Virus record (IMG/VR): IMGVR_UViG_3300009183_004450
From: an uncultured virus (IMG/VR IMGVR_UViG_3300009183_004450)
Taxonomy: Duplodnaviria; Heunggongvirae; Uroviricota; Caudoviricetes
DNA length: 20,000 bases
Strand: one strand, 5' to 3'
Part shown: positions 8,144 through 15,630 of the stretch, piece after piece
Layout: each line of letters opens with the position of its first letter
Numbering within the stretch: the first letter of the stretch is position 1
Notes under the pieces: model-generated
The model's input: the letters and a program-made list of their open reading frames with translations, nothing else
What the model was told of the DNA's origin: nothing
The model's database searches: none
Made by a program: the position numbers and the translations under genes

Positions 8144-8765
8144 TTTGAGTATACAGTTGTTGTACTGTTCCATTATTGTCTACAGTGTAGTTAAATGTCT
8201 GCCCAATCCAGGCCCACTCTGATTGATGTATATTGGGATACTTTTGAGGCATAAGTTGGTGTGCATCTTCTAATAGCCATTGTCTATCAGTTGGAGTAGT
8301 GTTTTCTGTTAATGCACAATCATACCATTCGGGAAGTTCTCCTCGCTGCACCCAAACACATACGCCACCTGCCTTGCGTATTGCTGCAATTTCGTTAGGA
8401 AAGCGCACATCGCTAATAACAATATCATCTACTGTTTTACGCAGTCTATTTTCCATGCTAGCAATCCAAATATCATCATGGAATCCTTGCCTGCACACTT
8501 CTGTTCCCCATAGTTGCAGCATATACCTTGGAGTAAGACGTGGCATATCTAATCGTTTGGCCCACCATGGATCCACTTGTTCGCGCCATTCACGGGCTTC
8601 GGGTGTAAGTCCTTCTAGCAGTTCACGATCCCAACCAAACACTTGTGCTACTGCATCTTTGAGTGTGCCAGCAAAACTGTCACGTCTAAATCCATGCTGT
8701 GCTACAAGATAATTGGCTGCGGTGTCTTTGCCGCTTCCAATAAATCCGGTGATTCCTATAATCAT
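8106..8765 (-). CDS. Deoxynucleoside monophosphate kinase (T4 gp1-like; start corrected from 8816)
   Basis: MIIGITGFIGSGKDT P-loop, SFAGTLKD, TPRYMLQLWGTEVCR, DIW, VISDVRFPNE and HQSE. Confidence 0.95.
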   Translation of the reverse strand: MIIGITGFIGSGKDTAANYLVAQHGFRRDSFAGTLKDAVAQVFGWDRELLEGLTPEAREWREQVDPWWAKRLDMPRLTPRYMLQLWGTEVCRQGFHDDIWIASMENRLRKTVDDIVISDVRFPNEIAAIRKAGGVCVWVQRGELPEWYDCALTENTTPTDRQWLLEDAHQLMPQKYPNIHQSEWAWIGQTFNYTVDNNGTVQQLYTQIKNLLPADFHAK

Positions 8766-8792
8766 AAAAAATGCCCCTTGTAGGAGCATTTT
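8766..8792 (-). terminator. Terminator-like hairpin that also sequesters the dNMP kinase SD
   Basis: Minus strand reads AAAATGCTCCT-ACA-AGGGGCATTTT-TT-ATG: an 11-bp stem with one G.U pair and six U ending immediately before the ATG. Confidence 0.75.
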
Positions 8793-8816
8793 AATATAGT
8801 TGTGTGTGAAAGTCAA
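8788..8816 (-). promoter_or_regulatory. Sigma70-type (early) promoter for dNMP kinase
   Basis: TTGACT (8816-8811), 17-nt spacer, TAAAAT (8793-8788). Confidence 0.75.
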
Positions 8817-9190
8817 ACACCGTACTTGTTTGTTTTCTTTTTGGCAACCGGACTTGCAGTATTTGTGCTTTTTAACTCTTGGCTTCGCATGTCGCCTTTG
8901 TTAACATCTTCGTAGTCGGCACCCACTGCTTGATAGGCTTTTTTGAGCATTTCTTGATCAAGCTGACTGTAAGGTGCGGTTACTTTCCATTTACCCACCC
9001 AGGATTCTTTATCTGTGTCAGGAACTGTTTTGCCATCTGTACTAGCAACTGCTAGTCCCAAACGATACAATGTGTAATCACTGTTCCGGTGATCACCATC
9101 AGTAAACTTGTTTAAGCCACGAGTTGGCTGCTGTTGGCGCTTTGTTATTTTGCCCGCTGATGCTTCTGTAATAACTTCGTTAATTTTCAT
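8813..9190 (-). CDS. Hypothetical protein (125 aa), probable head-internal protein; start corrected from 9205
   Basis: TAATG overlap with the gp13 stop. Begins MKINEVITE and has a basic C-terminus. Confidence 0.8.
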   Translation of the reverse strand: MKINEVITEASAGKITKRQQQPTRGLNKFTDGDHRNSDYTLYRLGLAVASTDGKTVPDTDKESWVGKWKVTAPYSQLDQEMLKKAYQAVGADYEDVNKGDMRSQELKSTNTASPVAKKKTNKYGV

Positions 9191-10110
9191 TATCCAATTA
9201 CCCAAGTTAATGGCAGCGATCCGTCAACATAATTTTTTAGCTGCTGTTCTAGATCTTTCATTTCTGCAATGGATTCTGCTTTTAAACTAGCACCATTTAA
9301 CTGTGTTCCGCCCTGCGGCCCTGCAATACTGGCAAACTTTTCTCTAGCTTCTCCAAGAATGCTTTTGGCGAATGCATAAGCGTAATCTTGTAACCAAGGA
9401 TATGCCTGATAGTCATTGAACAACATACTGTCAGGTTTATAATTGTAGATATGCAACATGCAGTCTTCCATTTGACTTTCTTGCATGTTAACGCCAGCAA
9501 AAGGTATCTTACGTATTAGTGTAAGCTTTTTTGTGGTTTTGTTAAAGTGGAAGTTTAAGTATCCGCCAAACATTTTCATGCTCAATTTTTGATAATCTAC
9601 AAATAGTTCGTAGCTTAACAAGCCACCAACTCGTCCTGCCACTAACATGTAAGTGTTTAAGTAGCCGGAACTGAACGGTTCAAATTGGCTAGCAGTTGTA
9701 CCAGTTACTGATCCAATGCCCCGACGATATGCAGCACGTACTTCCATGACAGTGTTAGGCAGTATGTATTCTTGCGTTTCAGGTTTGAGTTTTAGGAATG
9801 CGTAACTTTCTTCTTGGCTGTTGCTGGCCAATTGTCTGTAGCGATTTAGTGCCTGGTCAATCGAAAGTTCGTAATGTTCTTTGTCAAGTTCCACATCAAC
9901 AATGCCATCTGCTAAACGTAATCTGATATAATCAATTATGTCTTTGCGATGAGAATTATCCGTTTGTAGAGTTGGTGCAGTGGTGTCGCCCAATTCCTCA
10001 GTAGGATCGTATGCAATGTGACCCGAACCCGTGCCTGTTGCAGGGTTATATAAACTGTCTGTTATTAGTACGCCGTTAGCGTAAAATGAAGTAGTATCTG
10101 CTGTAGCCAT
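9190..10110 (-). CDS. Neck protein / head-tail adaptor (T4 gp13-like)
   Basis: IIDYIRLRL..GIVDVELD..H...IDQAL at the N-terminus and WLQDYAYAFAKSILGEAREKF..IAGPQGGTQLNG..LK.E at the C-terminus. Confidence 0.9.
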   Translation of the reverse strand: MATADTTSFYANGVLITDSLYNPATGTGSGHIAYDPTEELGDTTAPTLQTDNSHRKDIIDYIRLRLADGIVDVELDKEHYELSIDQALNRYRQLASNSQEESYAFLKLKPETQEYILPNTVMEVRAAYRRGIGSVTGTTASQFEPFSSGYLNTYMLVAGRVGGLLSYELFVDYQKLSMKMFGGYLNFHFNKTTKKLTLIRKIPFAGVNMQESQMEDCMLHIYNYKPDSMLFNDYQAYPWLQDYAYAFAKSILGEAREKFASIAGPQGGTQLNGASLKAESIAEMKDLEQQLKNYVDGSLPLTWVIG

Positions 10111-10113
10111 TTA

Positions 10114-10144
10114 GGTGTCCTAGTAATGTATTTACCAGGACACC
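10114..10144 (-). promoter_or_regulatory. SD-sequestering hairpin containing a late promoter (TAAATA 10129-10134)
   Basis: Minus strand reads GGTGTCCTGGTAA-ATACA-TTACTAGGACACC-TAA-ATG: a 13-bp stem with one G.U pair. The SD AGGA (10118-10121) is in the 3' arm. Confidence 0.88.
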
Positions 10145-10150
10145 GTGGAC

Positions 10151-11341
10151 TTAGTTGATTCGGAGCAGGATCATATCAGCGTTAATACGCCCGTTCCCGA
10201 TGGTTTCTGTTGCTTTAATCTCCTCCAAGAACTTGCGTAGCTGTATTTTAGTGGCTTTTGCAAATTCTTTGAGTTTTTCGTCGGGCTTGCGTAATGTTTT
10301 GCCCACACTCTTTGCTAGGTCAAAGCCTGTTAAACTAGTGCCTTTGATGCCTAACGGTCCAGTTAAACTGTCAGCAATGTATTTGTAGAGCTTGCGTGTC
10401 TTGGTGTTATAGCACCAGACTTCCTGTGCGCCAATAATGTCCACAGGATTAATGCTTACTAACTTCAGCGTCTTTTCTTCACGCATGTATTTGAGCTTGC
10501 CAACAAGTTTTTCTTTGTTAGGAGCACGTTTTACACGTAATTTTTTAGTTGCTTTCTTGACTCCGCGATACTGTTCTAGTGCATCCAGTACGGCATCCAA
10601 AAACGCATAGTGACGTTTATAGTCTGCCGCTTTGAAATGTTTATAAGATTCAACATAGTCTTCAAACAGTTTGCCTTGTGCTGCGCCTAGTTCTGCTTTA
10701 CGAGCACTAAACAGTTCTACAAATTTGTTAATCTGACTTTGCGGTACTGTATTAGCAGTCAAGTAATCAAATGCCTTTGGATCAACGGTTCCGCCCGATA
10801 CAACTTCGTCATACAAGCCTTCAAAGTGTGCCAAGTGCTCACTTGTTTTTTCGTTAAGTCGATCCTGGATAGTGGGTGCTCGTACTGTGGCTTTTTCAGC
10901 TGCTGGCATTGGTGCGCCAGTTGAACTTTCTACTACATCTCCGTCGTCTTGTAGCAATGCTATTTCAATACGCTCTCGAAGATAACCAAGTTCTTTTTCA
11001 CGTAGCGGCATGCCTTGACGATTTGCCATAAGCAAGCCGTATGCTGTCATTGGGACTGCGCGATCTGGGCTGCGGATAAATGCACTAACTTGCTGTTTTG
11101 TATATTTGTTATCCTGCATCCATTTAACCAGATGCTTTTTTAGATCTTTTTGGCTGTAGTAATAATTGTAATACGAAAAACTTTTACGCAAGAAGTGATC
11201 AAATTCGTCCTGGCTCATTGCTGTTGCACGTTCTGTATCCCAGACTGGTTCACTCCCGGTGTACTTCTCATCAGAGAACATGGGATCTCGAGATTTTTTG
11301 GCTACTTTTTTGGGTGCCTTTACACTTTGCTGTAATGCCAT
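10151..11341 (-). CDS. Hypothetical phage protein (396 aa), predicted early, with basic C-terminal domain
   Basis: Long ORF with SD AAGGAG at 11348-11353 and its own consensus sigma70 promoter. C-terminal motifs SINPVDIIGA, YNTKTRKL, KTLRKP and NGRIN look like a conserved family, but I cannot assign a function. Confidence 0.9.
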   Translation of the reverse strand: MALQQSVKAPKKVAKKSRDPMFSDEKYTGSEPVWDTERATAMSQDEFDHFLRKSFSYYNYYYSQKDLKKHLVKWMQDNKYTKQQVSAFIRSPDRAVPMTAYGLLMANRQGMPLREKELGYLRERIEIALLQDDGDVVESSTGAPMPAAEKATVRAPTIQDRLNEKTSEHLAHFEGLYDEVVSGGTVDPKAFDYLTANTVPQSQINKFVELFSARKAELGAAQGKLFEDYVESYKHFKAADYKRHYAFLDAVLDALEQYRGVKKATKKLRVKRAPNKEKLVGKLKYMREEKTLKLVSINPVDIIGAQEVWCYNTKTRKLYKYIADSLTGPLGIKGTSLTGFDLAKSVGKTLRKPDEKLKEFAKATKIQLRKFLEEIKATETIGNGRINADMILLRIN

Positions 11342-11370
11342 TTTTCGCTCCTTGTTACTTAGAATATAAC

Positions 11371-11399
11371 ATTATACTACTCTTCGGGTTTTGTGTCAA
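11371..11399 (-). promoter_or_regulatory. Perfect-consensus sigma70 promoter
   Basis: TTGACA (11399-11394), 17-nt spacer, TATAAT (11376-11371). Confidence 0.92.
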
Positions 11400-11658
11400 G
11401 TAGTGTTGCAAACACGAGCCATTGTTGCAACTCTGCTAACTCTTGTTTACATTTAGCTAACTGTAGATTGTGTTGTATATAATTGTTCGTTCTACGGGCA
11501 TCAATTTCTGCTTTACTTAGCTCTGTTACACTATTATAAAGATTGTCGTGCATTTTGAGCAACTGGCGACGATGTTGTATATTGTACAACTCCCGTACAT
11601 TACGGCGTAGTTGCTGATCTAGCAACGCCCAGTCGTCTAAAGAGTTAAATGCATTCAT
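11377..11658 (-). CDS. Small helical hypothetical protein (93 aa; start corrected from 11763), predicted early
   Basis: MNAFNSLDDWALLDQQLRR... ATG 11658 lies 7 nt after a TATAAT box. The sequence is coiled-coil-like. Confidence 0.8.
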   Translation of the reverse strand: MNAFNSLDDWALLDQQLRRNVRELYNIQHRRQLLKMHDNLYNSVTELSKAEIDARRTNNYIQHNLQLAKCKQELAELQQWLVFATLLDTKPEE

Positions 11659-11665
11659 AACCATA

Positions 11666-11694
11666 ATTATACTATTTTTGGTATTTACTGTCAA
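11666..11694 (-). promoter_or_regulatory. Perfect-consensus sigma70 promoter with TAAATA nested in its spacer
   Basis: TTGACA (11694-11689), 17-nt spacer GTAAATACCAAAAATAG, TATAAT (11671-11666). Confidence 0.9.
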
Positions 11695-11696
11695 AC

Positions 11697-11702
11697 TAAA
11701 TA
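11697..11702 (+). promoter_or_regulatory. Late promoter core (AC-TAAATA-C) for the gp14-gp15-NUDIX unit
   Basis: Plus strand reads CTAAATACTAGATACGAGGATTTTATTGTG, with SD GAGGA at 11711-11715. Confidence 0.78.
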
Positions 11703-11722
11703 CTAGATACGAGGATTTTATT

Positions 11723-13105
11723 GTGCCAAGATTATCACTTTGGAAAGACGGAAAACACAGCAACGATTATAAGTTTATGGATCGTCGCATGAGCGAGATG
11801 TTTACTGTTGGCGGTACTGGAATTTATATCCACAAATATCTTGGCGTAAATGAACAAAATTTAGTTAAGACTACCAGTGCTGCTCAAGGTAACACTAGCC
11901 CGACATTGACATTTACAAGCACATCCGACATTGATTTAGGAATGTATGTGGTTGGTACCGGAATATCAACAGGTGCTACTGTTACCGCAAAAACTGCTAC
12001 CACTGTTACACTAAGTGCTAACACTATTTCAGCTAGATCGTCAGGTTCTACAATTAAGTTTTATACTGAAGCAAGTAAACCAAGTTACATTAACGAAAGT
12101 GCTTCAAACATCCAAGACCTATTTTTCTTAGAAAATAGAGATAGAAAATATGATACCAGTATATACTCATTACGTGGAGTTTATCAAGTACAGGACGTAA
12201 CATTTGATTTGAGTCAGTTTGGTATGTTCTTGCAAACTGGTACGCTGTTTATGGTATTTCATATCAACGATATGATAGAGACTGTTGGGCGCAAGCTAAT
12301 GTCTGGTGATGTAATTGAACTTGCGCATCTCAAAGATTACAATCCATTGGACGACACTTTACCTGTTGCACTGAAACGTTATTATGTAATCAGTGATTGT
12401 CAAAATGCAGCCGAAGGATATAGTGCTACATGGTGGCCACACTTGTGGCGTTGTAAAATCAACCCATTGACTGATAGCCAAGAATACAAAGATATACTGA
12501 ATCAAATTACTTTAGATAACGAACTTGACCCCACAGGAGGTAATGTAACACTGGGCTCAGTAAGTAGTATCATTAACAAGTATCAAACGATCAATGATGC
12601 TATAATTAAAGAAGCCGAACTTAATGTTCCGTACTCGGGATATGATACTTCTCACATGTATATTAAACCGTTGGAGCCAACAGGTGCTGTAGGTGATCCA
12701 ATTGGAACTACTGCCGACTCGGGCAACATATCAGCTGATTCTGGTAATATTAATTCTTCGTCGGGCGTAGTAACTCCTGACGCTACAGTTGCAGGATATT
12801 TAACCGGAGACGGATTAACTCCAAATGGATTGCCTGTCACTGTTGGTATTGCTTTCCCAACTGGCCCAGCAGTAGGAGATTACGCATTAAGAACCGATTA
12901 CTTGCCAAATAGATTATTTAGATACGACGGACGTCGTTGGGTCAAGATTGAAGATAATGTAAGAACTAACTTGACTCCAGGTTCAACCAATCAAACACAA
13001 CGTAGTAGCTTTGTTAATAATACAGAAACGTATTCAAACAACTCCGGTAATGTCACAGTTAGACAAAGTTTAAGCAAGGCATTAAAGCCTCAGGCGGATA
13101 ATTAA
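11723..13105 (+). CDS. Neck protein / head closure (T4 gp14-like), extended; GTG start corrected from 11678
   Basis: MPRLSLW..., IQDLFFLENRDRKYD, FDLSQFGMFL..TLFMVFH, GRKLMSGDVIEL and HLWRCK. Directly upstream of the gp15-like gene, with an SD 7 nt before the GTG. Confidence 0.8.
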   Translation: MPRLSLWKDGKHSNDYKFMDRRMSEMFTVGGTGIYIHKYLGVNEQNLVKTTSAAQGNTSPTLTFTSTSDIDLGMYVVGTGISTGATVTAKTATTVTLSANTISARSSGSTIKFYTEASKPSYINESASNIQDLFFLENRDRKYDTSIYSLRGVYQVQDVTFDLSQFGMFLQTGTLFMVFHINDMIETVGRKLMSGDVIELAHLKDYNPLDDTLPVALKRYYVISDCQNAAEGYSATWWPHLWRCKINPLTDSQEYKDILNQITLDNELDPTGGNVTLGSVSSIINKYQTINDAIIKEAELNVPYSGYDTSHMYIKPLEPTGAVGDPIGTTADSGNISADSGNINSSSGVVTPDATVAGYLTGDGLTPNGLPVTVGIAFPTGPAVGDYALRTDYLPNRLFRYDGRRWVKIEDNVRTNLTPGSTNQTQRSSFVNNTETYSNNSGNVTVRQSLSKALKPQADN

Positions 13106-14460
13106 TGGCACAACAATATTTTTACGACGGGCAAATTCGAAGATTTCTTGTTCAGTTTATCAGGGCAGTAAGTAACTTTGAAGTTGAATTTGGCAAGGAC
13201 CGTGACGGTACTCGCACGTTACAACGTATTCCTGTGTACTACGGTGATGCCAGCAGACAGGCACAAACAATCTTAAAAGGTAACAGCGAAAATGTAATGA
13301 ACGCTGTGCCAGCAATGAGTGCTTATATCACTGATTTGACTTACGAACAAACACGAACACAAGAGCCTACATTCGTTAGCAAGATGCATTTGCGAGAAAG
13401 AGAATACGATTCTGCCACTGGCTTGTATGGTACTCAGCAGGGAGATGCATATACCATTGAACGTTTAATGCCTGTTCCCTACAAGCTGACAGTTAAACTT
13501 GATATATGGACTAGTAACACTGAGCAAAAGATGCAGATCATTGAACAGATTGCTGTATTGTTTAATCCAAGTTTAGAAATACAAAGCACAGACAATTACA
13601 TCGACTGGACCAGTTTAACTTTTGTACAACTTACAAACGTGACGTGGACATCAAGAACTGTGCCAGCGGGATCCGAGGAACCAATTGATATTGCTACATT
13701 AACGTTTGATATGCCAATTTGGATTAGTGCCCCAGCTAAAGTCAAGAAGCTTGGTGTCATACAAAAGATTATTAATACCATTTACGACGAGCAAGGTGCA
13801 TTTGACGAAAATTCTTTATTGACTGTTGATGTAGGCAAGCGTTACAATACCCCTGTACAATACGGAGTTTATTATTCCGGCAATCAATTAAAATTGATCA
13901 AACCGCAAGAGGTCGAAGTTGCTGGTAGTCTAATTAAAATTAATCCTCCAGAAACTTGGAAGTCTGTAGTGGAAATCTATGGTACCTTGGTAACTGGTCA
14001 AACTGAAATTAGACTTCAACTACCTAACGGCAACGAACTGATAGGGCAAGTTACTTACCATCCAACTGATCCAAAAATACTGTTGTTTACACCCATCGAA
14101 GACACAATGCCTGTAAGTACGTTGACAGCAGTTGATGCTATTATTAATCCTATCAACGTTACAGTCGACAGTAACTTACTAACTCCTACCACTGGCGCTA
14201 GATACCTATTAACCGATGATATTGGCAGTGATATTAACGTAGTAGGTAGCACAGTCTGGGGTTCGGTGGTAGCTGTAGCGAACGATATTATTCAGTTTGA
14301 TGGAGCACAATGGATAGTGTCATTTGATAGTCCGAACAGTCATGATGTAGAGTACATAACCAATACCAATACTGGTGTTCAATATAGATGGACCGGAACA
14401 GAATGGGTCCGTAGTGTAGAAGGTGTCTATCGAGGCGGTGAATGGTCAATCGTAATATAG
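13105..14460 (+). CDS. Tail sheath stabiliser / tail terminator (T4 gp15-like) with C-terminal extension
   Basis: YFYDGQIRRFLVQF, RIPVYYG, PAMSAYI, PVPYKLTVKLDIWT, QIIEQI..LFNP, LTFDMPIWI and GVIQKI. TAATG-coupled to gp14. Confidence 0.92.
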   Translation: MAQQYFYDGQIRRFLVQFIRAVSNFEVEFGKDRDGTRTLQRIPVYYGDASRQAQTILKGNSENVMNAVPAMSAYITDLTYEQTRTQEPTFVSKMHLREREYDSATGLYGTQQGDAYTIERLMPVPYKLTVKLDIWTSNTEQKMQIIEQIAVLFNPSLEIQSTDNYIDWTSLTFVQLTNVTWTSRTVPAGSEEPIDIATLTFDMPIWISAPAKVKKLGVIQKIINTIYDEQGAFDENSLLTVDVGKRYNTPVQYGVYYSGNQLKLIKPQEVEVAGSLIKINPPETWKSVVEIYGTLVTGQTEIRLQLPNGNELIGQVTYHPTDPKILLFTPIEDTMPVSTLTAVDAIINPINVTVDSNLLTPTTGARYLLTDDIGSDINVVGSTVWGSVVAVANDIIQFDGAQWIVSFDSPNSHDVEYITNTNTGVQYRWTGTEWVRSVEGVYRGGEWSIVI

Positions 14461-14888
14461 GTTGTGGTGCATTAATCTATAGTAAATCAACCAAGCGTTA
14501 TCTATTTTTACTACGTAATCAAAAGCGTCATGCCGGATCGTGGGGATTGGTTGGTGGCGGTGTTGAACATGACGAAACTCCTGCTCAAGCATTACAAAGA
14601 GAAATTGTAGAAGAAATTGGTCCTATTGCTTTTGAAAAAATTATACCGTTAGAAAAATTTACAGCAGACAACAAACCATTTGAATATCATACTTATCTTA
14701 TAACAGTCGAGTCAGAATTTGTACCTATACTAAATGACGAACATCGAGGATATGCGTGGACGCAATTGAGTGATCATCCAAAACCTTTACACCCAGGTGT
14801 CTGGCGAACATTTAGTTTTAAAAGTATAGTTGATAAGATTAAAACAGTTGAAACAGTTATACATCAGCCTCAAGAACAAAATCTCTAA
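14442..14888 (+). CDS. NUDIX hydrolase
   Basis: Complete Nudix box GGVEHDETPAQALQREIVEEIG (GX5EX7REUXEEXG), plus LNDEH..YAW and LHPG. Confidence 0.95.
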   Translation: MVNRNIGCGALIYSKSTKRYLFLLRNQKRHAGSWGLVGGGVEHDETPAQALQREIVEEIGPIAFEKIIPLEKFTADNKPFEYHTYLITVESEFVPILNDEHRGYAWTQLSDHPKPLHPGVWRTFSFKSIVDKIKTVETVIHQPQEQNL

Positions 14889-15630
14889 AATCAATGACTC
14901 TATAATTTAAAAGATATTTCCATGCTTCGGGTGATCTAAAGGTTCTTGTTGGCGCTACTCTTATAAATTCAGTGTCCGAATAAGTCTTCATTAAATTTTC
15001 TAAACTTAACACCCAAAAGTCTTCTAGTATATTATCTGTTTTTGCAGGATAAGATGGTGTTCCGGCATAAACATTATAAATATCTGTAGGATTGTCTATA
15101 CCATCAAATCCTAACATATAAACTTTTTTATGTCCGTCAAATGCTGCCATATATGCAGCAACAGCACCAGCGTTCCAGTTTGGATCTTGCGGAATGTATT
15201 TAAATACTCCTGGGTACTTTGTTAAATGAAATTTTGAAGCATACACAATGTTATTTGCAGAATACTCATTGACAGCAATTTCTTTAATAAATTCATCGCC
15301 GGCTGCAATTAAAAAATCAACCTTATAGTCTCTATAGAGAGCGTTACATCCATAGGTATTAAATTTTTTAACTTCGTGTAATGCTGGTTTCCACTCAGTT
15401 TGTTCGCCCCATGCTGTAGTTTCTCGCCATGGTAAACATAACTTAAGATTAAAATCCTGTCTTGACATTCCGTTGCCAATTACCACTGCTTTATCAGAAA
15501 CAGGCTGATATTCAACGGAAAGAGGAATAAATTCTTTTTGGTAAGTCCATTGTGCATCAATGTAAAGTCCAACTGCGGAAACATCTTCGCCGGCAACATC
15601 TTTGCGATATATTTTTTTAATTATTTCCAT
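14857..15630 (-). CDS. Rossmann-like protein resembling the DUF115/Maf and sialyltransferase-type glycosyltransferase superfamily
   Basis: AVVIGNGMSR, YGCNALYRDYKVDFLI, WNAGAVAAYMA..GHKKVYMLGFD. Confidence 0.6.
   Translation of the reverse strand: MEIIKKIYRKDVAGEDVSAVGLYIDAQWTYQKEFIPLSVEYQPVSDKAVVIGNGMSRQDFNLKLCLPWRETTAWGEQTEWKPALHEVKKFNTYGCNALYRDYKVDFLIAAGDEFIKEIAVNEYSANNIVYASKFHLTKYPGVFKYIPQDPNWNAGAVAAYMAAFDGHKKVYMLGFDGIDNPTDIYNVYAGTPSYPAKTDNILEDFWVLSLENLMKTYSDTEFIRVAPTRTFRSPEAWKYLLNYRVIDFRDFVLEADV

Noticed and set aside
10114..10144. Hairpin as an intrinsic terminator
   Set aside because: No U-tract follows it. It overlaps the SD and promoter, so translational occlusion fits better.
15075..15082. 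Perfect TATAAATA on the plus strand inside the glycosyltransferase-like gene
   Set aside because: Antisense, with no downstream plus-strand gene. Plausible by chance in AT-rich sequence.
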